A stretch of DNA of 64,000 nucleotides from an uncultured Christensenella sp. (GCA_949841595.1 CATKZB010000003.1:32320-96319), one strand, 5' to 3'; positions 54,607 through 64,000 are shown, counted from the first letter of the stretch. Made by a program: numbers and translations. The notes: generated by a model from the letters alone, not told the origin.

Positions 54607-54634
54607 TTGACAAATCCCCCCCCCGCTTTATAAT
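54607..54634 (+). promoter_or_regulatory. Promoter with a C9 tract in the -35/-10 spacer (InlB-B-repeat lipoprotein gene)
   Basis: TTGACA (54607-54612)-aatCCCCCCCCCgctt-TATAAT (54629-54634). C9 lies at 54616-54624 and the spacer is 16 nt. Confidence 0.7.
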
Positions 54635-54674
54635 AGTTTTGAAATTAGTAAAACCTATCAAAAAAGGAGAAATT

Positions 54675-55448
54675 ATGAAAAATTTTAGAAAAGTGATCAC
54701 TACCATTGCTCTTACGCTTATTATTGGGATTTCAACTGTCGTGCTTTTTGCTTGTGGAACAACTGAAACGAATCAATTTACAATTAACTTATCTGCAAAT
54801 AATAACAGTTATGGTTCTGTATATGGAGCTGGAACTTATGCACAAGCTGAACAAATAACAATTTATGCAGTGCCTAAAGACGGCTATGAGTTTGTCAACT
54901 GGAGTGACTCTAGTGATGAAAGGTCACCTGTTAGAGTTATTGCAGTAGACAAAGATATAAGTCTAACAGCAAACTTTCAAGCAAAAACAACCCAAGAAGT
55001 TAAAACACAATATTTTTTGAATAGTATTTCTTTATGGATATCTGATTATCATGGTGATGCTGTTTCAAATGCTGGGCTTTATAGTTTAAAAGTTTCAGTA
55101 AATTCCAACAGCCTTGGTGGATTCAATGCAGACCCCGACAGATATGCTCCAAATGGATCATCACCATTTATATTTAATGAAACAGATATTCTGCACCCTT
55201 CAGATAAACCACTTGTTATATATTTAGATAAAAATGAATACAATGTATTTGATGAAAATTCAACGGCTAATATAAGAATTTGGTATTTGCTTTCATGTAA
55301 CCCTAGTGATGGTAATGGACATTTAAGAGAATACAATGAAAATTACTCAATTAAAGTTAGAGCAAACAGCATAGATGTTAAGGTTTTATATAATGATACA
55401 GATCACAACTATACAATTTCAATGTCTTTCAATTTTGTAGAATGTTAA
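54675..55448 (+). CDS. Lipoprotein with a divergent InlB B-repeat-like domain
   Basis: The lipobox is VVLFAC-G. FTINLSANNNSYGSVYGAGTYAQAEQITIYAVPKDGYEFVNWSD fits the InlB B-repeat pattern. The ATG at 54675 follows an AAGGAG RBS. Confidence 0.75.
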   Translation: MKNFRKVITTIALTLIIGISTVVLFACGTTETNQFTINLSANNNSYGSVYGAGTYAQAEQITIYAVPKDGYEFVNWSDSSDERSPVRVIAVDKDISLTANFQAKTTQEVKTQYFLNSISLWISDYHGDAVSNAGLYSLKVSVNSNSLGGFNADPDRYAPNGSSPFIFNETDILHPSDKPLVIYLDKNEYNVFDENSTANIRIWYLLSCNPSDGNGHLREYNENYSIKVRANSIDVKVLYNDTDHNYTISMSFNFVEC

Positions 55449-55450
55449 TA

Positions 55451-55481
55451 AAAAAAGTATGCCATTTTGGCATGCTTTTTA
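55451..55481. terminator. Bidirectional intrinsic terminator
   Basis: ATGCC (55459-55463), loop ATTTT, GGCAT (55469-55473), with flanking A and T runs. Confidence 0.7.
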
Positions 55482-56735
55482 TTTATTATTCAAAATTTCG
55501 TTGATTCCACTTAATATTCCGAGTTTTCCATATTCGTATGCAAGTCCCCCTTGCATGAAAACTGTGTAAGGTTCGGTCACTGGAGCATCACATGTAAACT
55601 CAATTGTTGAGCCACTTGTAAATGTCCCTGCTGCCATAACTTCTTCATGTGGATAACCTGCAATTTCATAAGGTTCTGGGGTGACAAACGAATCGACTGG
55701 AGAGCCTTTTTGCATTCCTTTGCAGAATAACACTAAATCCTCTTTATTTCCTAAATCAAAAGTCTGAATGATATCTGTCCTTACTCTATCAAATTTTGGA
55801 GAGACGTTCTTACATCCAAGTTTTTCCAACATATAGCTTGCAAAAATTGCAGTTTTGACAGCATTGCAAACTGCATGTGGCGCCATATAAAGACCTTTCA
55901 AAAATTTCATATTTTGATTGTAGTTTGCGCCCAATTCTTTGGCAATTCCTGGGGCTGTGAGTCTTTCTGCAATTTGATAAATCAAATCTTCTCTTCCTGC
56001 GATATATCCACCCGAAGTTGCAACTCCACCACCAAGGTTATGCATCAATGAGCCTGCAATAACATCAGCTCCAACATCTGTTGGTTCTTTTTCTTCCACA
56101 AGTTCTCCATAACAATTGTCAACAAAGATAATTATGTCTTTGTCAATGCTTTTAACAAGTTTGCAAACTTCTTCAATCTGTTTGATAGACAAGCCTTCTC
56201 TGTGAGAATATCCTCTTGAACGTTGAATCTCTACCAATCTGACCTTGCCCTGTTTAAGTCTGTTTTCAATCTTTTTCAAATCAAATTCATTGCCAATAAG
56301 GTCAATTTGTTCATATTTTACACCATTATTAATAAGTGATTGAGTACTATCCCCAGCAATTCCAATAATCCCTTGCAATGGATCATAAGGAAGCCCAGAG
56401 ATGCAAATCATTGTGTCTCCGTAATGCAAAAGTCCAGATAAAGAAAGCCAAATTGCATTAGTTCCCGACATAATCTGTGGTCTTACCAATGCGTCCTCTG
56501 CCCCCAAGACTTCAGCGAAAACTTTTTCAATTTTGTCTCTGCCTGCATCATAAAATCCATATCCATTGATTTCTTGAAAATCCTGATATGACACTCTGTT
56601 TCTGATAAATGCTTCCAAAACTTTTCTACAGTTTTTTTCACAAACCTTGTTTGCCACTTCAAAATAATCTTTCAAATCCACTTCAGCTTGTTCAGCTAAT
56701 TGAATCAATTTTTCGTCAAATTCAAGTATTTCCAT
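55479..56735 (-). CDS. PLP-dependent YnbB / aluminium-resistance-family protein (Cys/Met-metabolism fold)
   Basis: The sequence MEILEFDEKLIQLAEQAEVDLKDYF...NGYGFYDAGRDKIEKVFAEVLGAEDALVRPQIMSGTNAI is typical of the YnbB family. The ATG at 56733-56735 follows a GAGAGG RBS. Confidence 0.75.
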   Translation of the reverse strand: MEILEFDEKLIQLAEQAEVDLKDYFEVANKVCEKNCRKVLEAFIRNRVSYQDFQEINGYGFYDAGRDKIEKVFAEVLGAEDALVRPQIMSGTNAIWLSLSGLLHYGDTMICISGLPYDPLQGIIGIAGDSTQSLINNGVKYEQIDLIGNEFDLKKIENRLKQGKVRLVEIQRSRGYSHREGLSIKQIEEVCKLVKSIDKDIIIFVDNCYGELVEEKEPTDVGADVIAGSLMHNLGGGVATSGGYIAGREDLIYQIAERLTAPGIAKELGANYNQNMKFLKGLYMAPHAVCNAVKTAIFASYMLEKLGCKNVSPKFDRVRTDIIQTFDLGNKEDLVLFCKGMQKGSPVDSFVTPEPYEIAGYPHEEVMAAGTFTSGSTIEFTCDAPVTEPYTVFMQGGLAYEYGKLGILSGINEILNNK

Positions 56736-56844
56736 AATTACCTCTCTGATTGTAATTATAACATAAAAATATCGCAAAGTCCAGAAAACAAAATAAAGAA
56801 AAGCTTTGACAATAACATCAAGTTTTTGGTATAATACCACAGTT

Positions 56845-57669
56845 ATGGAAAAAACAACATTTAAACAAAAGACAAAAAAATTGTGGAATTATTTCAATAC
56901 ATACGAAAAGATTTGGTTTGTAAGTCTTTCTGTTCTATCAATTGTTTTTGCTTTTGTTTTTCCTGAAACCGACACAAATGGAGTAAACGGAGCCGTCATC
57001 ATGACTCTGTATGTTTTTGACGTCGTTTTAGCTTTGCTTTGCGAACTTCTAACTTCAAAACAAAGCAAATGGAGTTTCTTTATTTACAATTTTGTTGAAA
57101 TCATTGAAATCGCAACTTTGATTATTTTAAAAGCTCGCTTTGCTACAATGGCTGTTTCCATATTCTTTTGGCTTCCAATGCATATAGTCAGCTTTATCAA
57201 TTGGCATAAACACCCCGATAAACAAAAAAAAGATTTAACTGTTGTGCGTTCATTAAAATGGTGGCACTCCTTGCTGGTTATTCTTGCTTGTGCAGTGTGG
57301 ACGTTTGTCATTGGATATGTGATGGCTGCCTATGGTCCTGAAACTGATTTCTATAACAGTGAGTTGATATTTAAAATAGTCGCTTATTTTGATGCTTGTG
57401 TAAGTGCCGTAGCCATTGCAAATGGGATTCTGTTGTTTTTCAGATTTAAAGAAAATTGGATTGTTTGGTATCTATCAGTCATTCTTGAAACCGTAATTAA
57501 CATTATATCTGGACAATGGGTACTTCTTATTTTAAAGGCTGGTTATTTCTCAAACACAACATATGGATTTATACAATGGAGTAAATATATCAAACAGCGA
57601 AATCAATCTTCTGGACAAATCGCTAAAAATCCTACTCTAAATTCTCCCCCCCCACAAAATAATTCTTAA
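56845..57669 (+). CDS. pnuC: Nicotinamide riboside transporter PnuC family
   Basis: A multi-TM protein with N-terminal YEKIWFVSLSVLSIV and a WLPMHIVSFINW motif typical of PnuC. The start is the ATG at 56845. Confidence 0.7.
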   Translation: MEKTTFKQKTKKLWNYFNTYEKIWFVSLSVLSIVFAFVFPETDTNGVNGAVIMTLYVFDVVLALLCELLTSKQSKWSFFIYNFVEIIEIATLIILKARFATMAVSIFFWLPMHIVSFINWHKHPDKQKKDLTVVRSLKWWHSLLVILACAVWTFVIGYVMAAYGPETDFYNSELIFKIVAYFDACVSAVAIANGILLFFRFKENWIVWYLSVILETVINIISGQWVLLILKAGYFSNTTYGFIQWSKYIKQRNQSSGQIAKNPTLNSPPPQNNS

Positions 57670-57749
57670 AAAGCGCATACCAAATCTTGGATACGCTTTT
57701 ATTTTTTCTTTCACTTGACTTTTGTTTTGTTATGATGTTTAATATTGAT

Positions 57750-58403
57750 ATGAAAAAATTCTTAATCGCAGTTTTGTTTATGTTTTGTGTTCTGTCAGCA
57801 TTAAACATTCAAAATGTTCAAGCTGAAAACACGAATGATACTTTTGTGGTAACAGGAAACTTTGCCACAGTTTTTGAGATGCCTGATTTTGCTTCCGAAA
57901 AAATGATCACAATTAAACATAACACAGAGATTAAATTGGAAATAGAAAATTCTAAACCAAAAGAATATAACGCTGGGACTTATGTTTTTTATAAAGTCAT
58001 TGAATACCAAAATTTGGAAGGTTACATTTTTGCAGATCTTGTTACACCAAAACAAAATGTAATCACGTCTATTCCAAATTTTAATGGACAAACAAACAGC
58101 AAATGTAATGTTTATTTTTTGCAAGATAACAACTTTGTTGAAAGTGACATAACTTTGGATGATAATCAAAGAATCTTTTTATATCAAGGTTTTAACAGCA
58201 AAAAAGAATATAATGCAATTGCATTTGTTAACGACAATCAAGTGTTGTATGGCTACCTTAAAACTAAAAACATAGATCCAGACGGAATTAATCCTATCAT
58301 CATCGCTTGCATATGTGTCATAATTGCAGTTTTAGGAATCATATTCACATGGCTTTTTATGAAAAACAAAAAAATTAAACTGAAAAAAGCAAAAAAATCT
58401 TAA
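57750..58403 (+). CDS. Secreted, C-terminally anchored protein with SH3b-like repeats
   Basis: It has a signal peptide (MKKFLIAVLFMFCVLSALNIQNVQA-E), two beta-rich SH3-like segments ending in GYIFADLV and YGYLKTKNI, and a C-terminal TM helix plus a basic tail. Confidence 0.55.
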   Translation: MKKFLIAVLFMFCVLSALNIQNVQAENTNDTFVVTGNFATVFEMPDFASEKMITIKHNTEIKLEIENSKPKEYNAGTYVFYKVIEYQNLEGYIFADLVTPKQNVITSIPNFNGQTNSKCNVYFLQDNNFVESDITLDDNQRIFLYQGFNSKKEYNAIAFVNDNQVLYGYLKTKNIDPDGINPIIIACICVIIAVLGIIFTWLFMKNKKIKLKKAKKS

Positions 58404-58481
58404 AAATTTATAATTTTGACACTTCCTATTGTGATTTTTCTCCTTTAACATTAAACTTGATCTTGTTAAAGGAGTTTTATT

Positions 58482-59045
58482 ATGGCAATTGATAATTCAA
58501 AAATAGATTTAGAAAAACTTAAAAATGACGTGGAAATTATGCAAATAGATGTAGAAAATTTAATCAAAAGATTTTCTTACATTGACAAAGCTGTCAATTC
58601 CAACACAGGATCTTCAGGTGGAAATGGTGGCTCGAGTTCTGGAAATAATCAAAATTGGACAGTGCTTTATGACAAAGAAAGTGAAGATGTCAACTTAAAT
58701 TTAAACAAGCCACAAGGTATAATAGGAAGCACTCGAATTGTTGAAAATCTTCCTGACTTAGATCCATATAATTTTATTAAGATACAATTTTATGCTGCAG
58801 GATCTAAAAAAGATTTTATTTATGACATTTCAAACAAAGAAGACAATGGAATGTACATTATGATGAACAACAACTTGACCACTATATTATATGGTTTTGG
58901 AATGACTCTTACATATGTCAATGGAAAAAGAATAATAGATTTTGGAAATTGCACACGAATAAATTTTTATAGCACAAAGAACACTGGCATTACAAATCTT
59001 CAATCAGACAAAACAGTTTATATATGCAAAATTTCTGCAAAATAA
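58482..59045 (+). CDS. Hypothetical protein (coiled coil, Gly/Ser/Asn linker and a beta-rich C-domain)
   Basis: 187-aa ORF with a good RBS (AAAGGAG). I recognise no motif. Confidence 0.5.
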   Translation: MAIDNSKIDLEKLKNDVEIMQIDVENLIKRFSYIDKAVNSNTGSSGGNGGSSSGNNQNWTVLYDKESEDVNLNLNKPQGIIGSTRIVENLPDLDPYNFIKIQFYAAGSKKDFIYDISNKEDNGMYIMMNNNLTTILYGFGMTLTYVNGKRIIDFGNCTRINFYSTKNTGITNLQSDKTVYICKISAK

Positions 59046-59064
59046 AAAGCACAAATTTGTGCTT

Positions 59065-60000
59065 TTAAAGATTTGTTCGGCTTTTTAAAAAATCATTTAT
59101 CTTCTTTTCATAAAGAACTCCTGCCACAGAATAAGATAATCCATGCCCTGCACCTTCCACAACATATTTGTCTCTTAAATTTGATGGGGTTGAATTGTAA
59201 AGATCGTACATGTTTTCAATAGGCACATATGAATCCTCATTTCCATGAATAAAAAGAATAGGAACTTTTGTGTTTTTAACTTGTTTTATTGCATCCACTT
59301 TCAAAACATCAAAAGAATGAACTCGCTTTGCATAATCATAGAGATGCTTTTTTAATACTTTTCCTATTATTTTATATTTTTTCAACACGAAATCAATTTG
59401 TTTATCCCCATTTGCAAAGGCACAATCAGAAATAATACCCACAACATTTTTGGGAAGTTTTTCACCTGAAACACAACAAACTGCAGTTGCACCCATAGAA
59501 AGTCCAAACAATATGATTTTTTTCTCTGGAAATTTTTGATTTAATAGTTCAATCCAATAGAGTAAGTCCAATCTGTCCACCCAACCAAATCCAATACATT
59601 TCCCTTCACTTTCTCCATGTGCTCTGTTTTCAACAGCCAAAATATTGAAATTTTTCTCATAGAAAAATTTGCAAAAATGTTGCATCTCTCGATAGTTTCC
59701 ACCAAATCCATGCACAACTATCACAGTCTTGTCTGACTTGTTGTCAAAATAATGTCCAACAAGCTTTAATCCATCAAAACTTTTGATAGACAAAACTTGA
59801 AATTTATATTTCTCCCACCAACCCAAGTCGATTTTGTGTTCTTGAATCTGCTGGTCTATTCCCTTCTTCATAACTCTGTCATGCAAACTTTTTCTGGAAA
59901 AGGAAAACTTGAATATTATCTTCCCTACCACAAGATAATACAAAAGTGCAAAAATAACAAACAAAACAATTCCAAGCACAACCCATGCAAAGACTCTCAT
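59065..60000 (-). CDS. Membrane-anchored alpha/beta hydrolase
   Basis: 311 aa with an N-terminal TM helix, an HGFGG motif, the GLSMGA nucleophile elbow and a C-terminal GAGHG motif. Confidence 0.75.
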   Translation of the reverse strand: MRVFAWVVLGIVLFVIFALLYYLVVGKIIFKFSFSRKSLHDRVMKKGIDQQIQEHKIDLGWWEKYKFQVLSIKSFDGLKLVGHYFDNKSDKTVIVVHGFGGNYREMQHFCKFFYEKNFNILAVENRAHGESEGKCIGFGWVDRLDLLYWIELLNQKFPEKKIILFGLSMGATAVCCVSGEKLPKNVVGIISDCAFANGDKQIDFVLKKYKIIGKVLKKHLYDYAKRVHSFDVLKVDAIKQVKNTKVPILFIHGNEDSYVPIENMYDLYNSTPSNLRDKYVVEGAGHGLSYSVAGVLYEKKINDFLKSRTNL

Positions 60001-60010
60001 ACAATCCCCT

Positions 60011-60955
60011 CTAATCTAAAATTGCTCGTATAGGTTCTCCTGTTGTAGCGTCTTGGTATGTCAACCAATATCCAAATCCTTGCATGTTGTCTTTATCTAA
60101 AGGAAGCCAAATTGGATATCCAGAAAGTTCTTTTGGAGGTTCTTCTTCAAAGACAGCCGGAACTCCATAACAAACATATTTGACATTGTCATTTTCATCA
60201 TAAAGCAAGCCAAAAACATAGAAATCTCCGTCATCTTCATATTCTACTTTAACCCACTTTGAAGAAGGAATCAATCTTTGTAAGTTTGATTCTGTTGGAT
60301 TACTTTCAAAAAGCTTGTCGATTTGAGGTTTAAGTTTATCAATAAAGATTATTTCAGGCTCTTCAGCTGGAATTTCAATATCTTTTTCTTGATTTTCTTG
60401 AATTGTGCAAGCACTGGCAGTTTCTGACGGATTATGTTCATAAAAATACTTTTTATAGATACAATTAGAACAATTTTCACAGGATTGACTTAAAGCAACA
60501 TCAATATCTTTTTCCACCTGTTTTTGTTCATCTTCTTCAAACTGAACATCAAACCTATCCAAAACTTCTTTTGTGTTTTTTAAAGAATTGTCTTTTGAGA
60601 TCTCAGAAATGATGCTGCCATAAATGTTGTCATCACTTCCTTCACTAGACCCATATAAAATTGGCGAAGCAACAGCATTTTGAAAGTTTACAACAGCACA
60701 AGAAAATTTGTTTGGAATTTCTTTTAAGTCAATAAAAAATTCATAAAGCATGTGTGACTTGTATGTCAAACCTGCCTTATAAACTTTTGAATCTACATAA
60801 AAACCTAAGGATGAAATTCCGTTCAATTCCTTAGAAAAATTATACAAACGAAGGGTGCCACGCACGCCTACATTGTCTTCTTCCAAGGTTAAAACAGCTT
60901 TTTTGTTTGTATTTTGATCTGTGTCACTCAACACAACGCTTTTTTTCTTAAACAT
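60011..60955 (-). CDS. Hypothetical protein
   Basis: 314-aa ORF with a Cys cluster (CENCSNC) and an acidic central region. Function unknown. Confidence 0.55.
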   Translation of the reverse strand: MFKKKSVVLSDTDQNTNKKAVLTLEEDNVGVRGTLRLYNFSKELNGISSLGFYVDSKVYKAGLTYKSHMLYEFFIDLKEIPNKFSCAVVNFQNAVASPILYGSSEGSDDNIYGSIISEISKDNSLKNTKEVLDRFDVQFEEDEQKQVEKDIDVALSQSCENCSNCIYKKYFYEHNPSETASACTIQENQEKDIEIPAEEPEIIFIDKLKPQIDKLFESNPTESNLQRLIPSSKWVKVEYEDDGDFYVFGLLYDENDNVKYVCYGVPAVFEEEPPKELSGYPIWLPLDKDNMQGFGYWLTYQDATTGEPIRAILD

Positions 60956-61070
60956 AAAATCCTCACTAACATTTTAAAAAGGCAATTCTTCTGCCTTTAT
61001 ATAAATAATATTTTACAAGTTTAGATTTTATGCTGAAAGTCAAACTATGTTACATTTTGTCAATTTTTAT

Positions 61071-63041
61071 CTATTTTTGTGCTTTAAACTTTGTTTCAAC
61101 AAACTTAACAACATTTTTTACATTAAAGCCTGATTTTAGATAAACTTCTTCGCCGTTGCCACTGTGAACATAGTTTTCTATGCCAAAAGAAACTCCATTT
61201 TTGCCTAATATTTTAAGCCATTTGGTGTCGTTGCTTGCTTCTATTGAAACAACAAGCTCAGCATCTTTGTTTATAACTTTGTTTTTGTAAGCTGGAGTTT
61301 GTTTTTCAAACATTTCAATAGATGGCATGGAAACGACATTTACAAGATATTTTTTTCTTAATTCTTTTGCCACTTTAACTGCCAGTTCGACCTCAGAACC
61401 ACTTGCCACCAAAATAATATTTGGTTTTTGTGTTGTGTTTTCCAAAAGGTAACCACCATTTAAAGCACCTTCATAAGAAGTTCCATCAATATGCCCAACA
61501 TTTTGTTTTGTGAGAGCAAAAGTGACAGGCATATATTCTTTCACACAAATGTTATATCCAGCCACAAGTTCTTTATAATCACAAGGTCTGTAAACTGTGT
61601 TGCCTATGATTGCACGAAGTTGTGTAATTTGTTCAATTGGTTGGTGTGCTGTTCCATCTTGCCCCACAGTCAAAGAATCATGAGTAAAGAAGGACATAAC
61701 TGGAAGTTTCATCATACATCTCATTCTTATAGCTGGGATTGCATAGTTGGAAAAAGTTAAATATGATGAATCAAAGGTGATGAAATCTTCATATAGCGCT
61801 ATACCATTGCAAATAGCTGACATTGCATGTTCTCTTACACCAAAATGAATATTTTTCCCTCTGCGATATCTTGCAGAAAAATTCCCAGCATTATCCACAA
61901 AAGTCATAGTCGTTGGAGCAACATCTCCAGTTCCTCCCAAAAGTTGAGGACACTGATATGCAAGCTCACTAAGAGCATAGTGATTTACTTTTCTTGTGCT
62001 TTGTCCGTCATATTTAGCAATGTTTCTTATGATTCTTTCAAAATTGATTTTCTTTCTGTCAAAAAAAGCAATCAAAGATTTGTAAAGCTCTGGATGAGTG
62101 CTTGAATACATAGCTAAATTCTGATTCCACTTTTCGTGATTAAGTTTGCCCCTTCTTGTGCTTGCCATGCAAAGTTCTCTGACATCACTTGGAATATAAA
62201 AACTTTCTCTAACTTTCAAATTTTCTTTGAAAACTTCCAACTCTTCCTTAGAAAGAACTGCAGAATGAACAGCTGAAGTCCCTTCTTTTTGAGTTCCTAT
62301 TCCGATTGTTGTGTTGAAAATGATAATGGTAGGTTTTTTGCTTTTCTTTGCTCTTGCGATTGCACGAGTGCAGAAGAAATAACTGTTTCCTTTTGAAACT
62401 TTTATAACATTCCATCCCATTGCTGAAAATTTTTTAGCAACATTTTCTTTATTTGTCATGTTAAGTGGTCCATCTATGGTGACGTCATTGCTGTCATAAA
62501 GCAAAATCAATTTGTTGAGATTCAAGCTTCCTGCAAGACTGACTGCTTCCATGGCAACTCCTTCCATCAAATCTCCATCACTCACAAAACAATATGTGAA
62601 ATTATTTATCATTTCAAAGCCAACTGTGTTGAATCTTTCTTCCATCACAGCTTCTGCAATTGCCATTCCAACTGCATTGGCAACCCCTTGCCCCAATGGT
62701 CCTGTTGAAACTTCCACACCTTCTGTTTTTCTATATTCAGGATGTCCTGGAGTTTTTGAGTCATATTTTCTGAAATCTTTCAAATCTTGAAGACTTACAT
62801 TGAACCCGAACATTGAAAGAAGACTGTAATAAAGTGGGCTTGCATGCCCGGCTGACATGACAAGTCTGTCTCTATTTAAAAAATCTGTGTCAGACACATC
62901 AAAGTTATAATGATCCTTAAAAAGTGCAAACAAAATAGAAGACGCACCAAGGCTCACTCCCAGATGCCCTGATTGAGCATTTGTGATTGTTTCAGCAGAA
63001 AGTGCTTTTAAATAATTCAACGCTTTTTGATTTATATTCAT
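61071..63041 (-). CDS. tkt: Transketolase
   Basis: 656 aa with SGHLGVSLGAS, the ThDP motif GDGDLMEGV and HDSLTVGQDGTAHQPIEQ. Confidence 0.95.
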   Translation of the reverse strand: MNINQKALNYLKALSAETITNAQSGHLGVSLGASSILFALFKDHYNFDVSDTDFLNRDRLVMSAGHASPLYYSLLSMFGFNVSLQDLKDFRKYDSKTPGHPEYRKTEGVEVSTGPLGQGVANAVGMAIAEAVMEERFNTVGFEMINNFTYCFVSDGDLMEGVAMEAVSLAGSLNLNKLILLYDSNDVTIDGPLNMTNKENVAKKFSAMGWNVIKVSKGNSYFFCTRAIARAKKSKKPTIIIFNTTIGIGTQKEGTSAVHSAVLSKEELEVFKENLKVRESFYIPSDVRELCMASTRRGKLNHEKWNQNLAMYSSTHPELYKSLIAFFDRKKINFERIIRNIAKYDGQSTRKVNHYALSELAYQCPQLLGGTGDVAPTTMTFVDNAGNFSARYRRGKNIHFGVREHAMSAICNGIALYEDFITFDSSYLTFSNYAIPAIRMRCMMKLPVMSFFTHDSLTVGQDGTAHQPIEQITQLRAIIGNTVYRPCDYKELVAGYNICVKEYMPVTFALTKQNVGHIDGTSYEGALNGGYLLENTTQKPNIILVASGSEVELAVKVAKELRKKYLVNVVSMPSIEMFEKQTPAYKNKVINKDAELVVSIEASNDTKWLKILGKNGVSFGIENYVHSGNGEEVYLKSGFNVKNVVKFVETKFKAQK

Positions 63042-63514
63042 AATAAACTCCCCAGTTTTTCAATGACTTTGTCAAAAACAAAATCAAGGTCTGTCTTTTT
63101 AATATTTACGCTTAAATCTGAAATATTTTGCAAGGTTTCAGATCTTTTTTGATAAGAAATCAAATCAACAACATTTCCATTAGTTTTAATGTAGTTTTTT
63201 GAAAGGTTTAAAAAAACAATAACACTCCCTTCTCTCAAAATCTCTAAATTGCTGATCAGATAATCATAATTGATGGATACAACCACATTTTCAAAAGAGG
63301 CAATACGTTTTAAAACTCTGTTTTCACACAAAAGCAGATATTCTTCTGTACAAAAACTCAATATGGTTTTTTTGTCAATAAGTTCATATTCAATCAAATC
63401 TTTTGTGCTACAAAACATCATCCCCAAATTTTGTGATAAGAAATTCCCAAACTCTTTGGTATAAGAATCACACAACGAAACAACGATTATTTTGTTATAT
63501 TTGCTTATATTCAT
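63038..63514 (-). CDS. Shikimate-kinase-like small protein with a degenerate Walker A
   Basis: 158 aa. Its layout resembles AroK (..LGMMFCSTKDLIEYE...), but the P-loop position reads VVSLCDSYTKE instead of GxxGxGKS/T. It overlaps the tkt start by 4 nt. Confidence 0.35.
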   Translation of the reverse strand: MNISKYNKIIVVSLCDSYTKEFGNFLSQNLGMMFCSTKDLIEYELIDKKTILSFCTEEYLLLCENRVLKRIASFENVVVSINYDYLISNLEILREGSVIVFLNLSKNYIKTNGNVVDLISYQKRSETLQNISDLSVNIKKTDLDFVFDKVIEKLGSLL

Positions 63515-63586
63515 AAATTTATTTTAACACAATATAAAATTAATACAAAATTTTTTGAAGATAAAATATATTCGCATAATATAATT

Positions 63587-64000
63587 CTATTTTTTTAAAC
63601 TCTTATACTTTTTAAATTTTTTCGGTTTATTAGAATTATTCAAGTTTATAAACATAAAAATTATTAAACTTGAAAGCACTAAAATTAATGGAACATCAAC
63701 GAATGTTGTTTCTGTTTTAATTAAATATTCTCCATCGGCTTGAATTCCAATTCCAATCATCCCATCTGTTTTCGTGCAAAAAACTTCTTTAACGCCCACT
63801 TCCTTTAATCTTGTTAAAACAGCATTGGATGGAAAATGTTTGTTTGCAGAACTTACAATTGCATATTGAGGATTGATTAAATCCAAAAATTCTTTTGTCG
63901 AACTTAAACTTGAGCCATGGTGTGCCACAAGAAGAAAATCAACATTTACGTCAATGCCATTTTTCTTGATTTTTTCAACAAATTCTTTTTCTCTGTCTTT
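63587..64000 (-). CDS. C-terminal part of a ComEC/Rec2-type MBL-fold protein (continues beyond right edge)
   Basis: The frame stays open to the window edge (..DFLLVAHHGSSLSSTKEFLDLINPQYAIVSSA..). It ends with a TM helix and a basic tail. Confidence 0.6.
   Translation of the reverse strand, partial: KDREKEFVEKIKKNGIDVNVDFLLVAHHGSSLSSTKEFLDLINPQYAIVSSANKHFPSNAVLTRLKEVGVKEVFCTKTDGMIGIGIQADGEYLIKTETTFVDVPLILVLSSLIIFMFINLNNSNKPKKFKKYKSLKK

Overview
This is a 64-kb chromosomal segment from a low-GC, endospore-forming Firmicute that looks Clostridia-like; I cannot place it more finely from sequence alone. G+C is roughly one third by eye. Most of the window is a conserved housekeeping and sporulation backbone: ftsZ (partial)-ftsA, T-box-serS, murC plus an atypical MurF-like ligase, spoVG, sleB-ypeB, spoIIR, veg, ppdK, engB, glmM, priA-def-fmt-rlmN-rsgA-rpe, rpoZ, a mazF module, acpS, recX, T-box-tyrS, galU, ttcA-like, tilS, spoIIE, cwlD, pnuC and tkt. 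Five accessory or unusual parts stand out. (1) A ~5.4-kb island sits next to tRNA-Glu(CUC), bounded by a 10-bp direct repeat. It carries a large serine recombinase, two XRE regulators, an HEXXH peptidase, a membrane-anchored Mrr-type nuclease and a lipoprotein. It also holds a ~370-nt GC-rich, ORF-free block that looks like a large structured RNA of unknown class, and this is my top candidate for something new. (2) Three lipoprotein or surface-protein genes have near-identical promoters with a 9-nt poly-C tract exactly in the -35/-10 spacer, which suggests slipped-strand phase variation. (3) A cytoplasmic barnase-domain toxin is followed by two diverged barstar-like immunity genes. (4) An XRE regulator is tandemly duplicated with only synonymous differences, next to a truncated yigZ and an AT-rich GIY-YIG gene wedged into the operon. 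(5) Several catalytic-motif-degenerate or domain-swapped proteins occur: a TM-anchored MurF-like ligase, a YugP-like protein without HExxH, and a shikimate-kinase-like protein without a P-loop. I saw no rRNA, CRISPR array or transposase. All coordinates and counts were derived by hand from the sequence and the ORF track, and no database search was possible.
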